64,000 bases of DNA from contig NC_043009.1 of the NCBI RefSeq assembly GCF_006345805.1, positions 35,092,001 through 35,156,000 on the forward strand. The letters run 5' to 3'. This DNA is from Octopus sinensis. Lineage: Eukaryota. This document shows positions 49,316-62,819 of this stretch, piece by piece. The notes beneath the pieces were generated by a model that was not told where the DNA came from, did not search any database, and saw nothing but the letters and a program-made list of their open reading frames with translations. The translations under genes and the position numbers were made by a program. Every line of letters begins with the position of its first letter. Within the stretch, counting starts at the first letter, position 1.

Positions 49316-50020
49316 GACTTTACCTATATATATATATTATATATATATATTATATATATAATATATATATATATATATATTTACACACACACACATGCAA
49401 ACACACAGACACACAGACACTCACAGACGTACACATTTATATGCATTTATAAGCTTTTGTGATTATACATATGTATATATGTATATAAGTATATATGATA
49501 TGCATCTATCTAGCAGTATATATATATACGAATACACACACATACAACTATATATATATATATGTATGTAAATACATATATATAAATATATATTCATTTA
49601 CAATTATACAAATGTATATTTGTAAGCATAACTACATATGTTTATGTATGCATACACATTAATGAGTATATAAGTGTTGTAAAGTGAAACCGTATACTCC
49701 TGTTAAAAAAAGAGTAGTAGTCAATTATCATAAATAGACTAGTAGCCAGTCGTCAAGAGAGGGTTGGGAGAGGAAAAGTTGGGAGTCCAGGTGTCTTGTG
49801 GAGCTTCCAGCGATAGTAAAACAGATGTTAGTGTATTACTCTTCCGGTACGAAGAGATACAACGGTACCCAATGAGTAGTAACTATTGTGGCTACTAGCG
49901 TAAAACAGTAACTACAAAACAACAGCAGTCACACATCACAACAGTGCGAGGAACCCACTTTACAACAATGTATGTGAAGATACATAGATACGTGCGTGTA
50001 TACATACATACATACATACA

Positions 50021-50051
<31 letters not shown>

Positions 50052-50105
50052 GTGTGTGTGTCTATGTGTGTGTCAGTATGGGATTGTGTGTATATACAGT
50101 AATAG

Positions 50106-50416
50106 TGGAGGCACATGACCTAGTGGTTAGAGCAGCGGATTCACGGTCGAGGGATCGCGGGTTCGAATTTCAGACCGGGCGATGTGTGTGTTTATGAGCG
50201 AAACACCTAAACTCCACGCGGTTCCGGCAGAAGGTAATGGCAAAACTTCTGTTGACTCTTTCGCCACAACTTTCTCTCACTCTTTCCTCCTGCATCTTGC
50301 AGCTCACCTGCGATGGACCGGCGTCCCGTCCAGGTGGGGAACTTATACGCCAAGAAACCGGGAAACCGGCCCTTATGAGCCAGGCATGGCTCGAGAAGGA
50401 ACAAACAAGAAACAAA
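50106..50416 (+). mobile_element. tRNA-derived SINE related to family B, 11-bp TSD TACAGTAATAG
   Basis: A/B-box-like head; TSD at 50095-50105 and 50417-50427. Confidence 0.88.
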
Positions 50417-50474
50417 TACAGTAATAGCCGATGAAAGAAACGGAAGTTAGATTTGTTCATCTAATAGTGTTACT

Positions 50475-50861
50475 GTGGAGGCGCAATGGCCCAGTGGTTA
50501 GGGCAGCGGACTCGCGGTCGTATGATCGTGGTTTCGATTCCCAGACCGGGCGTTGTGAGTGTTTATTGAGCGAAAACACCTGAAGCTCCACGAGGCTCCG
50601 GCAGGGGATGGTGGTGTTCTCTGCTGTACTCTTTCACCACAACTTTCTCTCACTCTTACTTCCTGTTTCTGTTGTACCCGTATTTCAAAGGGCCGGCCTT
50701 GTCACTTTCTGTGTCACGCTGAATATCCCCGAGAATTACGTTAAGGGTACACGTGTCTGTGGAGTGCTCAGCCACTTACACGTTAATTTGACGAGCAGGC
50801 TGTTCCGTTGATCGGATCAACCGGAACCCTCGTCGTCGTAACCGACGGAGTGCTTCCACCG
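50475..50861 (+). mobile_element. tRNA-derived SINE, family B, 11-bp TSD ATAGTGTTACT
   Basis: TSD at 50464-50474 and 50862-50872; homologous to 15584-15944. Confidence 0.92.
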
Positions 50862-51452
50862 ATAGTGTTACTACAATCTGTGCAATTTGCGTTACAGCAA
50901 GTACATGAGTGAAGATGTTCCGCTAGAAATACTGAGATGCCCTAGACATACTGTTGGTGCCGGCTTACAGGCTAACAGTTGTTCATGTCTGCTAAACAGC
51001 TAACAGTTGTCCGTGAGTATATAAAATAAAGATGAAAGTGTATATATATATATATATATATATTTATATACATGCGCACACACACATAGAGATCACAAAT
51101 ATACACACCCATATGTAAATGTTTTGTCTGTATGGGCGTGGTAGAATGTGAATGGAGTTTTCTGTCGGTGGAGGTATTTTCTTTGAATTTAGACTTTGGT
51201 TGTAATCAATTGTGTCTTTCCTTGACAGTAAATTTATTTAGATCTAGTGTTAATATTGATGATGGTGTTTTCATATTTGGCAATCATTAATGGAAAAATT
51301 CGATTTCCTAACTTCAGTATTTTGTTATCGAACACAACGAAAACTGAAACAATCATTCAATCATTCAAACAAGCAAACCGGATAAACAAAGATACATTTA
51401 TGTTTTCCTGATTCGGAGAATGGTGACTGTGTTGTACAGAAGATGGTATATT

Positions 51453-51684
51453 ATTTCATTATTGCCCACAGTGAGTTAAACATAGTGGGGGACAAACAAG
51501 AACAGACAAAGGGATTAAGTCGATTACATCGACCCCAGTGCGTAACTGGTACTTATTTAATCGACTCCGAAAGAATGGAAGGCAAAGTCGACCTCGGCGG
51601 AATTTGAACTCACAACGTAACGGCAGACGAAATACCGCTAAGCATTTCGCTCAGCATGCTAAAGATTATGCCAGCTCGCCGCCC
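51453..51684 (-). mobile_element. SINE family A (tail subtype 1)
   Basis: Full head GGCGGCGAGCTGGCA..; bounded by the 18-bp TSD TACAGAAGATGGTATATT. Confidence 0.9.
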
Positions 51685-51702
51685 TACAGAAGATGGTATA
51701 TT

Positions 51703-51916
51703 CTTTTCTACACTAGGTACAAGGCCCGAAATTTTTGGGGAGTGGGGGTCAGTCGATTAAATCGACTCAGTACGCAACTTGTAATTTAATTTTTCAACCC
51801 GGAAAGGATGAAAAGAAAAGTCGACCTCGGCGGAATTACAACACAGAACTTAAAGACAGGCGAAATACTGCTAAGCATTTCGCCCGGCGTCCTAACGTTT
51901 TTGCCAGCTCGCCGCC
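51703..51916 (-). mobile_element. SINE family A (tail subtype 2)
   Basis: Full head, different 3' tail (..GGGCCTTGTACCTAGTGTAG); bounded by the same 18-bp TSD. Confidence 0.9.
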
Positions 51917-53645
51917 TACAGAAGATGGTATATTGACTTAGAAAAGTATAGATGAAATCCACAGCATGTAGACTTTTAATGACATGTACGATTCACTAGA
52001 TTAATTCAGATAAATATCCTGTCCAATCTTATGTAAGAATAAATTGTAAAAAAACAAAAAGAAAAAATGCAGATTATCTTCGTTACACTCTTTGATTGTT
52101 TGCTGGTTTAAGTTGATCTCTCTAAGTCCTCTTTCCAAGGGTCGGTTGTGCAGACGATGTGGTGTAATTTTGATATGTTTTCTTATCTATTTTTGTATGA
52201 AAGGAAGTAAATTAGCAAAGCAACTTTAGTTTTGTTATTTTGAAATGTGAACTTAAATATCCGTGAGAAAGATTACATTTCACTGCCTCTGGGTCAATGG
52301 AAATAACTACTAGAATGATTCAATCATTGGCATTTATTCCTTATTGAATATCTGGCCATCAGATAAAGGAAGCAAATGTTACTCATCAATATTGTCTGTT
52401 GAGATCACACGACCAAAGTTATTTCACTTCACTGACTCTACTAAATCTCCTGCAAATGTACCAGCTGTCATATTTGTTCCTTGTTCAAACAATCGAATAT
52501 TTATCTATACCTGTATCAGTCTTGTCTACTTTAACACGTTCAGCTTAACTTGGAGTATGTTTCTTGTTCAAATAAAAGAAATGATCTCGTCGATGTGTAT
52601 AGAAGTCAGATAGTTTCTCTAAATCTTTTCCGTCAGATAGAATTGTTCCTCGTAAATCGTGTCTTTGAATGTGTTCAAAAAGTAGAATATTTTACTTCCT
52701 GTAGGAAGCTTAGAATAAAGTTCGTAGAGATATACATGCCTTTCAGAATAGTGCATGAAATAGAGAATGGATCTATTTTCAGTTGCCTCATGCTGGAGTA
52801 TATATATTTTTTGTTAATTTAAAACATGATATGATGTTAGAAAATAAACTACAAATCTATTTTCTGCCTGTTTCGGTGATCATCCGCTTCCGTTCCTCTA
52901 CTTTGAAAAATTTCTTTCGTATTTAAGCTTAGTACTCTGAAAGGATTTTCCAATAACGAAGAAGCACCAACGCAGTGGTTTAAACAGCAAAAGGTAGTAT
53001 CCAGTATCTTTGATATTACACACTACCGTCTTAAAATAAGGTAACGTATAATGTGTAATGTAGTCTTGGATACACAAGATGGGAGGATTATGGCTGGAAT
53101 GCAATTAGTCATGTGCTTGTTTTCGGCTAGATCAAGGTTAACCTGGGGCTGAGCAACAACAAATCAAATCATTTATTAATTCTCGCGTTCAATCTTTTGT
53201 AGAAGCCCAATTAGAGACGTAACTCTTCAAATTGACAGCAAATAATTGTATATCGAATATTGGTAAGAAACTCTCATGAATATTGAAATGTTACTTCAGG
53301 ATACAAGTAAAAAGTGTCTCTACAAATCGAATGCTTAATTGTTACAAAATTGATTTTGTCATTCCATGTACTAAGGTTGTATGTATGTCGATGGAAGAGT
53401 GACGACGTGCACAGACCAAACAAGTTGGAAGCTTACAATGTGTTGTAACTTTCTTTCGTCGTCCTGCAGACTTGCAACGTGAAAGGGAGAGTCATCTGAG
53501 AGACCATATGGAAATTCAGAAATGCTAATGACAACGACGAAGCAAACGAGAGGGAGATCCTCGGTGAAGATGGAGCAATCACCACACACACGCGTGCTCA
53601 TACACACACATCTATATATATATGCATATTTGCGCATGTACATTT

Positions 53646-53747
<102 letters not shown>

Positions 53748-53843
53748 TTAATCCAAACAAGAAAGCACAAAAAGCACAACAACGCGAGGGCGTGGAACAA
53801 ATATAGTATTATTGGACGCTCAGGAAAGAAGGAAAGAAGGAGG

Positions 53844-53878
53844 GTTTAACGTTTCGAGCGAAGCTCTTCGTCGGAAAC
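53844..53878 (-). ncRNA. Minimal hammerhead-like motif, core CCGACGA
   Basis: GTTT-CCGACGA-A-GAGC-TTC-GCTC-GAAA-CG-T-T-AAAC. Confidence 0.65.
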
Positions 53879-53967
53879 ATAGGAGAAGGAAAGATCCAGA
53901 GAAGGGGAGACAAAGGAAAAAAATCGCCAATGGTACACACGAGGTCACATTTTGAAAGACCGGAAGG

Positions 53968-54017
<50 letters not shown>

Positions 54018-54114
54018 TTAATCCAAACAAGAAAGCACAAAAGAACACAACAACGTGAGGGCATGGAACAAATATAGTATTATTGGACGCTCAGGAAAGA
54101 AGGAAAGAAGGAGG

Positions 54115-54149
54115 GTTTAACGTTTCGAGCGAAGCTCTTCGTCGGAAAC
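54115..54149 (-). ncRNA. Minimal hammerhead-like motif, core CCGACGA (second unit)
   Basis: Identical to 53844-53878. Confidence 0.65.
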
Positions 54150-54241
54150 ATAGGAGAAGGAAAGATCCAGAGAAGGGGAGACAAAGGAAAAAAAAATCGC
54201 CAATGGTACACACGAGGTCACATTTTGAAAGACCGGAAGGA

Positions 54242-54272
<31 letters not shown>

Positions 54273-54276
54273 ATAT

Positions 54277-54307
<31 letters not shown>

Positions 54308-55711
54308 TTATGTGTAGCGGGTGGGGTGTTGGTGATGGTGTGTTGCTGTGTCTGTTTGTGTGTCTGTGAATGTGTGTATCTTTGTGTTTATATATGTGTT
54401 TGTGCATAGGTATATATATACGTATTATTATATATGTGCCCGCGTATGATCTTTGAATTATGTATTAAGTTTGCAATACTAACCAAAAGCAAAATCTCTA
54501 AAATTTTAATGGAGGAAAGGAAAGAATCTATTTGATTTACCCTTTGCGCTTCTATGGGCTTTGGTTAAATACGTATGTTCTGTACAATTATAACACAAAA
54601 CATTTGTCTTCCTGAATTACATTTCCAGGTATGAAGAATCAGCCGTTGGTTATCTCAGCTCATGGATAGCGACAGGAGTACAGTGGCCTCCTTGTTGATT
54701 CGATGCTTTTAGGAACTTGGTTTAATCCGAAACATCATATCAAAGTGAAGAAAAGCGCCCTCCGGTATGGCGATCAGTGTATTTCTTGTTACTTTATGTA
54801 CTTAAAATGGTTATAGTTTTGTTATTCTATTTTCTCTCACAATCACACACTGTTATAACTATGATGCACGCAACGCAATTACTGTGACAGTCTCTCGAAA
54901 TATGACACTGTTTGAAATGTCGGACATATAAACAAAATTTTAAAAAAGGGAAATTATATGTTGTATATATCTCGTTGTATTAGATTATGTTCCAGAATGT
55001 TTTAAATATATATTCTATATATTCCATTCAATATGCAAAACGTAATTCTTGTTCTGAACTAGATATTTATGTGCATAAAGTAGGCTGATCTTTCTACTTT
55101 CAGCCCAATAGAATCACCTCTTAAAGTACAATCACCCCTTAAAACATACTTCGCTCAGCAGCTGACTGGAGAATCTATTTAAATTTGAATAAATCACCAA
55201 AAGGAGGGGAGAGGAAAGGACACATAAATTTGAAGGCCTGTGTGGAGGACATAAAAAATAAACGGAAAGATATTATTTGTAATTTTATCCACGTTAGACA
55301 AACATTCATTTGATTTAATTTCCTCGAACGACTTCTCACTGTTCTGATCAATATACATATAACATATCAACTACATGAAGACTATGCATTTTCGTCGAAA
55401 TATCTATATGAAATATTTTATTTTGAATGTAAGCAATGATTAATATAGACAGATTATGCCGAAGAAGCACAAGAAGCCAAAAACAAAAGTGACATTATGT
55501 TGTAAATAGATTCTATGAAATTAAGAAAGAAAAGAATATTGTGTTTATATGGAATTGAGAGAGGAAGAAAATTCACAATACTTTTCCATGGTGTTCTTCT
55601 CGCTAGGGAGAAGTGGTTAGAATATATTTTGTTCTATATTAGATCTACACATGCAAGAATGACACCAGTTATTTTTATATCTGTGGATTTTGTGGCTGAA
55701 CGTTCTGGAGG

Positions 55712-55780
55712 GACATAGCACGTTAGACATAGCACGTTAGACAGCACGTTAGACAGCACGTTAGACATAGCACGTTAGAC
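55712..55780. repeat. 12/14-bp minisatellite (GAC[AT]AGCACGTTA) x5
   Basis: Seen directly. Confidence 0.9.
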
Positions 55781-57989
55781 AATCTCGTCCGACTACTGTA
55801 CTATCCGAGCATGAAACTTACTGTAGTTATTATTTAAATCCTGTGTTTATTAACTCTTATTATTAAAATTATAATTGAGGGAATCGAAGATACCACCATT
55901 CTAGAAATGGCAGCCAAAGCCTGACTCCAAAACCACATCAAGTATTCATACAACACAAACCCCAAAGAATTCTTCTCAACGCATGGCTGTGAAGATGTGC
56001 CTTCTCGTGATCAATGATGCACATATCGTCAGCCACCAAGGGACATGTTCAATTGGTTAAGGTCAAGTAGCTGGCAAGCAAATCTATGTACTGAGCAGAA
56101 TATTTGCTGTATCCCATCTTATTATTCTAGCCGTCGACCTCGGTGATATCTACAGATTGCACTACTAGTGGCTGTGTTGTTTAGATGGAGAGATAGCCTC
56201 GGTAATCTCTGATCGAGCAGATCTATGATCAAAAGTGGTTTAGTTGTGATCATCTCATCCTTTTGTTTAATATTCAGATATATTGTAATTCAGGCTACCT
56301 CCCACAGTAAGTTCTTTTGTTGTGAAGATCCAGTTTAACCTAGGTAACATAGATTCGTATTGGAAGGTGTGCAACTGTCACCATCCCATATCATTTTATC
56401 ATGCGTATTATCATCTATGATTTCATTATCAAACCTGTCCTTCTTTCTAAGATAGCATGGTCTGACATAAACGAAATATAACTGTTATTTCTAGCCGACC
56501 ATGAGAAGTTGTTAATATTAGCGGCATATTCATGGTTACATCGGGACATAAATAACTGACACAGACCATGTTGTATGGAATCTAAAGTAGCTCAATTCCC
56601 TTTACTTCAATAAGAAGGTCAAATAAGAACGAATCATATTCGAAATTGTCGTTTTTGTTACTAGAAATCAGAATAATTTCCACTGTAGTTCCTTTTAATT
56701 ATTTAATTTGATTGCAGATTTGTCTCCCTTATTTTTTTACATTGCAACTAATGATTTTTCTCATCAATTACTTAATAAACAAAATTGTTTATTAAGTAAT
56801 CTAAATCCCACTTAACAACGCTAATATCACCGCCTAATATTATTAATTGCTTTCTCGGAAGAAAGAGAACACAATTTCACTGGCGCCTTGCCGACGTAGA
56901 TGATTGTCTATAACTAGTTCATACCAACATTAACGAAGCTTATACTCGCCTAAAAGCTTTTTAAATGCAAATATTTTATATACATTCCTGTATTCACTGA
57001 ATGACGCCTCTGCGCCTCTACTGTTCGATGGAAAATCAAACATCCAACCCATAGACATCCCACTTTTCGTAAATTTAATAGCGACACGACACAATATGAA
57101 GCAGAAAACCTGGCAATGAAGCAGAGTGGCAGCCATTAAATTGCTGTAGAAATAGTGGAGATTTATAAATTATTCAATTAGTTGCCACCACTGGATTTCA
57201 AGTCGATTGATAATAGCTTATTAACGAACATATTATTGAGGGCATTACCAACACCTGGAATATTTTCACTTTGCCTCTAGCGATTAAATAAAATTCTTGA
57301 TGGTTTTAATCTAATAGAATCGTAGTTTCCGATCTAATAGAATCATTGGTTTCAGATCGTTTTATGTGACCTGCTTTTCCGGATAGACCTAACTAACATA
57401 TCACTAGTTTCATCTCATTGTTAATCACTTATAACACAGATTTATACTTTAGCTGCTTGCTTTACTCTGTCTGCTGCTCATGGTGGGATGGGGTAACGAT
57501 ATTGTCATTGATATAACGTTGTTAATACTATTGCTATAAATTCTGTCTCACATGTTTCTATATATCTACTGCAGCAATGTATTATACGCTTTGTTATTAA
57601 GGCGCGTTACACGCATGTTTATGTGGCTGTGCTCTTTATATACCTTTAATGTTTTCACAGAGTATTGAATATAGATTGCCCTGCTTAATAATAATGGTTT
57701 ATTATATTGGTAGTGTCACACACTGGTTAATGGCGGGGTGGGGTGGGTAGCTAATAACGTGAAAGCCGCCGCTGTTGTTTACCATTTATTTTATCAAAGC
57801 CGATGATATGAAACACAACATTGATCCATGTTTTGAATTCAGAACGTAAGGATATGATAGGTATAATGTCGACGCTCTAACGATGCCTCCATTAATAATG
57901 CTTTCAAATGCTGGCAGAGATAACTCAAAGGGGATGTTTAACAAGGCGGCTCTCTAGCGATACTACAACATGTTTCATAGTCTTTGTTT

Positions 57990-58382
57990 TTCATTTCTAC
58001 GATAGGCACAAAACGTGAAACATTTAGGAGTAGGGCGGTGGTCGATTACATCGATCCCAGTGCCCAGGTGGTTCTTATTTTATCGACCCCGAAAGGAGAA
58101 AAGGAAAAGTCGATCTCGTAAAGTTGAGAGAAATGTCTATAAGCATTCTGCCTGGGATGTCATTCGCCGCTTTCCTAAAATGTAATAATGACTTCAAATT
58201 TTGGCATGAGGCCAGCAATTCTGGAGGAGTGGTGGTTCGATTATATCGATCCTAGTGCTCAACTAGTGCTTATTTTATCGATACCGAGAGGAAAGACAAA
58301 ACCATTCTCGGTGGAATTTGAACTCAGACCGTAAAGACGGATGAAATGCCGCTAAGCATTTTGCCTGGCGTTCTAACTGCCT
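57990..58382 (-). mobile_element. Two stacked family A SINEs (diverged)
   Basis: Two GTCGATTA(C/T)ATCGATCC..AAAGTCG..GAAATG..TAAGCATT blocks; a TTCCTAAA.TG.AATAAT-like direct repeat follows each head. Confidence 0.8.
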
Positions 58383-58392
58383 TCCTAAACTG

Positions 58393-58394
<2 letters not shown>

Positions 58395-58425
<31 letters not shown>

Positions 58426-58487
58426 TAATAATAATAATAATAATGATAATAATAATAATAATAATGATAATAATAATAATAATAATG

Positions 58488-58519
<32 letters not shown>
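58395..58519. repeat. (AAT)n microsatellite with periodic GAT interruptions
   Basis: Seen directly. Confidence 0.95.
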
Positions 58520-58759
58520 CGAGCAACCTGATGTCGTTTAGCAAGTGACCTTGCTTCCAAGCTGACCCAAGACTTGGTACATTCACGCACCCCACTCTGA
58601 ATACGATCATATTTATCAGAGAAACAAAATGGTAGAACGTCACTTGCCTTGGATTTTGAGAAGGTTTCCTCGTCTGAAGAATTATAATTAATGAATGGCC
58701 TTCTCAAGTACTTTTGACTGGATTTAGCCTAAAAGGCCCAATATCTATTCGATATTTTA

Positions 58760-59780
58760 TTTTAGTTCCAAGTATGCCTTCATGTCTGTTTTTATAAGTT
58801 ATCTGTCATGGGGAGTTTTCGACAGAGGTTCTTGGAAACCCAGTCCTTTTATATGAGTTTCGTGTTGCTCATTATTTCTTGCATCAGCTCGCTGTTGCTC
58901 TTTAGTAAGACTGTGAAGTTAATGAGGCGTTTGGGTGCTATAGTCAATTGTACGAGTTGTTCTTGTGATTGTTGCTTCTCTTCGTGTATTTGTTTCTGTT
59001 TTGATGCTTTTTGAAGTTGTGGCTGTGATTGAATGAATGTGCATTGCCTTTGTTTGTGTGATTTGGGTGAGCGTGTCGGTGTTGTTGCTAGTGTAGCTGA
59101 TGGATTAGGTGAACTTAAGTGAATATTCCCCGTTCTGTCTTTTCACTTTCAGCTTGGGACGGTCGATTTTAAAACTATTTTCCTGCTTTTCTTCCACTCA
59201 AGTCCTTCTTGACAGATTCAATTCTTGCTCGTTTCTTAATAGGTGGTAGATAGTGGTGACAGTCAATGAAATCGATTTCATTTCTCGATTGGTTCTTATT
59301 CTGTCGCTTTTAAAAGATGAAATTAGACATTCGATGGATGTGAACTCAGAATATACTGATGTAATTCTAACATCGAAACCCATTGTGATCGATGCCACAC
59401 TAATGCTGTCACTGATATATCTATAACAATAATGATTTTATTGGCATTTTGACGATGTTATGTTTGTTGTCTTAATAGTTATTTCAAGTTCTTGTTTCAT
59501 TCGTTCTGGTTGTTGTCAGAGATTTCTGTTGTTGACGTTGATGCTGTTTCAGTAATTATTCTGGTTGTTGTAATGTTGTCTTGAGCCTCCTTATATCAAC
59601 GTATTTTATGTTCATTCCGGCACAATGCGCATGCCGGCGCCGGAATTTTGGAGGTGTACAATTGCGTTAAATGACGTTCTTTAAGTCTTGAATGTTTTTC
59701 TTATAGCTGCACATTTTGTCAGATAAGATTTCAAGTATGGTCTCAAGTATATTCTGTGATTTCCTACAGACTCCATGGAA
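58760..59780 (-). mobile_element. Possible decayed LINE ORF1 (Tx1-like)
   Basis: A/C-rich, Q/T/K-rich reading on the minus strand; YLRPY.. and VRITSVYSEFTSIECLISSF loosely resemble the ORF1 remnant at 38.5-38.9 kb. Confidence 0.3.
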
Positions 59781-59844
59781 CCCTTATGTAGATATCTCAT
59801 AATCTGAATTTACATATATATGCAGATGTCTGTTTGTATATGTA

Positions 59845-59927
<83 letters not shown>

Positions 59928-59940
59928 ATATCTATCTAGC
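59845..59940. repeat. (TATC)n microsatellite
   Basis: Seen directly. Confidence 0.95.
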
Positions 59941-59994
59941 TATCAAGCATTCTATATATATATATACACATACTTATACATTTTTATATATGTG

Positions 59995-60043
<49 letters not shown>

Positions 60044-60626
60044 ATGTATGCATATTATCCTTTTAAATGGATCTGTGGATCTTTAGAGTTTACTTTCAAA
60101 TAATCGGCTTCTTGATTATATGGCTTTGATAAAAGAAGAAATAATATACTTTGGTGCTGCCTTGTTATTTTTTCATCTTTGGCATAACCACCCATCCTTT
60201 CTATCTTATTGGTTTCCAGATTTTTATTATCTCAGAAATGAAAATAATATGTACCATGGGAAATACAGTCATGTTTTATTCACGAATAATCCAATTTAAT
60301 CCAAACGTGTTGACTATATAATCATGTATGTAGTTATCTATGTATGTATATAAGTTTTAGTAAGTTGGAAGTAACATTCTTAATTGTTAAAAATTAGTCT
60401 AGCCTCTAAAGCAGTAAAGTTGTTATGTCAATACCCTAAATTTAACACATCAGCATTTTGTTTCGCTTCTGCATGCTCATAGCTTTTTTTTGTGTTGAGT
60501 GGGTTCGCTCCGATCTTTATTCATAATGCTGCAATAAAATAAATCCAGCTGTGGTAAACGGAATTTATTGCGGGGAGACATTTTCCTTCTGATTAATAGA
60601 AATAAATAAAAAGAAGGTAAAATATT

Positions 60627-61208
60627 ATTTTCTACTCTAGGCACAAGGCCCAAAATTCTTGAGTGGGGGTCAAGTCGACTATATCGACTCAAGTGCGCAA
60701 CTAGTACTTAATTTTTCAACCCCGAAAGGATGAAAAGCAAAGTTGACCTCGGCGGAATTTGAACTCAGAACGTAAAGACAGGCGAAATACCTATTTGTTT
60801 ACTACCTACAAGGGGCTAAACACAGAGAGGACAAACAATGACAGACAAACGGATTAAGTCGATTATATCGACCCCAGTGCGTAACAGGTACTTAATTTAT
60901 CGACTCCGAAAGGATGAAAGGCAAAGTCGACCTCGGCGGAATTTGAACTCATAACGTAACGGCATCTGAAATACCTATTTCTTTACTACCCACAAAGGGG
61001 TCAACACAGAGAGGACAAACAAGGACAGACAAACGGATTAAGTCGATTATATTGACCCCAGTGCGTAACTGGTACTTAATTTATCGACCCTGAAAGGATG
61101 AAAGGCAAAGTCTACCTCGGCGGAATTTGAACTCAGAACGTAGCAGCAGACGAAATACGGCTACGCATTTCGCCAGGCGTGCTAATGTTTCTGCCAGCTC
61201 GCTGCCTT
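60627..61208 (-). mobile_element. Head-to-tail trimer of family A SINE inside one 16-bp TSD
   Basis: Three core copies, only the rightmost with a full head; flanks AAGAAGGTAAAATATT (60611-60626) and AAGAAAGTAAAATATT (61209-61224). Confidence 0.88.
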
Positions 61209-62819
61209 AAGAAAGTAAAATATTGAAAGTGTGGTTTAGTACTTTATTAGATAAAATAGAAATTAACGACAGACGACAGCTCAATAGATGAGTAACGGTT
61301 GTGTATAATGAGTTCTCATGAAATGTTCAAGTAGAAATTGCAAATTCCGACCATATCATTAACTGTTCTCCACATATAGTCACATAAGTATTGTAGCGCA
61401 CAAATAACTGAGGGTACTGCTATTCATATCTTGTCAAAGGCAGTACTTTGTGTTTATGACCAGAGCATTTGACTTGCAAATGCCACAGTCCGTGGGGCTG
61501 TAAAATAAGCACAAGAGTGCAGTGAAGAAACAACTGGTCATACCAAGCAATGGCATTACTAATTTATTCGACTACTGTACAGAGTTTAATTTCATCCTGT
61601 AGTAAAAGTTGTCCGCGATGCACAAGTATTTTATTATGATGAATACTAGAAATAAGCTGCAGGTTTTATGTCAATGGAATTCGAAAAGAGATCAAGTATA
61701 GTACTAAAGAGATGAATGAGGAGAAATATGGAAATATAAACTCTGGCTGTGTTTAAGCCGTGGATGTGTTTTAGTTGTTGGTTCGTGTACTTTTAAGTCG
61801 AAATTTTATTTTAGAAAATCATGAGCATCACCCTATCCGATCTCCACCTCCCTACATCACATGTCATTGGTGATCAAATGAAGGAGTTTCAACGCAATTG
61901 TAATTCAATCATTCTGGAAAACTGAAGTGTCTTCTTCAAATGTAGTTGAGCCACTACATACAATATAACTGGAAACATAAGACAGAACTGTCACTGCAGG
62001 TAGGTCTCTAATCATAGATCAACCAGATTAGCGACGATTTGGTGCTACATAAAAAAAATATAAATAAAGATCAGCACCTGCATAAATTACCTGAGAGACT
62101 AAAGAAAAAGTTGTTTGAATTCTCCTGTTTACATAAATTAACTATTTCTTCACTTTACAACATATTTATAGGTATATGGGTGGGACGAGCGAAGGTACTC
62201 AAAATATGTGACGAAGTAGTCACAATTAGACAGGTATTACGAGTTGTTAAACGACTAGGAAATCTAGAAAACTATTCAGAGAAACTGCTTTAATTATCAT
62301 CGAATCAGATAAAGTATTTAGAAATTATCAAGGGATTAAACACATCACATGGAATCAAGAAATATCAAGAGATAATTAAGAAAATTAAATGTTTCTTGAT
62401 TAAAGATTGAAGTGAACAACGCCTCGCACACAGACACTCATATTCAATTATAGGCATTTCTCTCTATCTCTCTGTCTGTCTATCTCTGTCTCTCTGTATG
62501 CCTGTCTCTATCTCTCCCCCTCTATCATGCTGATACCCCCTCACACCCTGTCATCTTGCTTGCTTTTCTGTTTCTCAAACACGAACGGACACCAACCCGA
62601 AATAATGATAATAATAATTGGAATGCTCACTCGGACAAGATTATGTCAAGATTGTGGCTAAATATTTCTCTCAGCCATATACAACCCTTTCTTATTTATT
62701 TCTCTCACAATGTAACACCATCATGGAGAAGGGAAAAAGAGAGTGAGTTAATTATTAAAGACCTAACTATTGCGAGTTACAATTACTCTGGAAGTTATTA
62801 ACTTGCCTCATAGCAGATG

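Noticed and set aside
51435-51934. Three identical 18-bp repeats as a CRISPR-like array
   Set aside because: The intervening ~215-230-bp segments are homologous SINEs, so the repeats are TSDs; the context is eukaryotic.
52340-52800. Coding-like minus-strand stretch (FEHIQRHDLRGTILSDGKDLEKLSDF...)
   Set aside because: It needs several frameshifts and I recognise no family; it would need a homology search.
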